64,000 nt of DNA from the NCBI RefSeq assembly GCF_001194135.2, contig NC_068995.1, positions 19,060,688 through 19,124,687 on the forward strand, written 5' to 3'. Below the pieces are notes generated by a model. The model was not told where the DNA came from and made no database searches. It saw only the letters and a list, made by a program, of their open reading frames with translations. Below, piece by piece: positions 62,985 through 64,000 of this stretch (the stretch's first letter is position 1; each line of letters begins with the position of its first letter). This DNA is from Octopus bimaculoides. Its lineage: Eukaryota. The translations under genes and the position numbers were made by a program.

Positions 62985-63956
62985 GCTATGTATTCTAAGT
63001 GACACAGCGACGGGTATCACATAAAATGTTCTCCTTATGATTTGCTTGCAGAAACATATCTCCTCATAACTCCCTCAAAAGTCACGTTTTATTTCTAATC
63101 ATCAATCTTCTGATATATAGGGTGAACCATATGAACATACTTCACCAAAGGTGGAAAGATACATCGTGGTTATTACCACTTCGTCCTAGAATAATAAGAC
63201 AATCTATGGCTAAAATCAAATTGCTTATCACATCAACTTAGTACTCTAAACATTCCCAAACAAGTGATTTAATCAATAGTTTCGCCATACTTATAAAATA
63301 ATATTTGCAACTTCAAATAATATCAGTATATTGTAGGTGATATATATAACATTTCAATCTCCCTCCACACTTTTGAGGCCGAATACACTTTTCACTTGGT
63401 TAAGCCCACAGCACCTAAACAAATAACGCTAAAGCGTTCTTGAAATCTGTCGTCTAAAGAAGTTTCGAATACATTGTCGATCAAGATACTATCAACGAAG
63501 TCACAGTCACTTCTACGACGAACACAACAAAATGGAATTGTTTTGATAGATTTCTAACAAACAGATAGGCAATTGGGGAATAAATTTAGGTTGTGAAAAT
63601 TGAAATATTTCGAAATTCTTGAAGTAGTGAATGATAGGTACATTAACAGTCACAGCAGCTAGACAGTCAACATTCAAGAGTTCTAGCAGCGATAGTTGCC
63701 AAAAAGGCCGACGTATGTCAAAACTGGAACCTGAAGCAATATCCCAGAACTAATAATTTTAATTGCAAGAATTACTGCTTACAGGTCCCGCTATAATAAG
63801 ATTGGTAGCCTTTGACATAATATGTGGGCATTTGACCAGCATTCTAGCCTCATAAATTCAATTTCACTGCAGAAATCAATTATGCAAAAACTGTCTAGAC
63901 TGTGCGTGCTACAGAGCTATTGGTAGATATAATATAAAGTACAACAACAGACAAAG

Positions 63957-63957
<1 letters not shown>

Positions 63958-64000
<43 letters not shown>
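63958..64000. repeat. (TA)n microsatellite at the window end
   Basis: Direct reading. Confidence 0.97.

Overview
AT-rich, repeat-saturated animal genomic DNA from a short-read draft scaffold. I count 21 N-gaps totalling roughly 8.4 kb, almost all bordered by (TA)n or (TG)n. No host gene, rRNA, true tRNA or CRISPR array can be supported. All recognisable coding sequence is decayed transposable element: a piggyBac transposase pseudogene, a Tigger/pogo HTH fragment, mariner-derived MITEs, a Chapaev3-like transposase C-terminus, three Penelope-like (PLE) RT/GIY-YIG remnants, two R4/Dong-clade non-LTR remnants, an L1/Tx1-type ORF1 (CCHC knuckle) element and a Tx1 ORF2 scrap. At least four tRNA-derived SINE families (here called A-D) and many microsatellites fill the rest. 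The SINE types and microsatellite load suggest a cephalopod (Octopus-like) genome, which is an inference from recalled repeat families, not a search result. The most interesting items are a degenerate minimal hammerhead ribozyme in an inverted PLE pseudo-LTR pair (1433-1722), an apparently ORF1-only 'half-L1' element with 37-bp 5' monomers (2252-4390), a mariner element with two inverted left ends (37130-38009), a ~650-bp fold-back element, a Dong element inserted in a (TAA)n array, and a splice acceptor 1 nt before the piggyBac ATG. I found no convincing evidence of a wholly new biological system. Family names come from hand translation and remembered motifs, and element boundaries are approximate unless a terminal repeat defines them.
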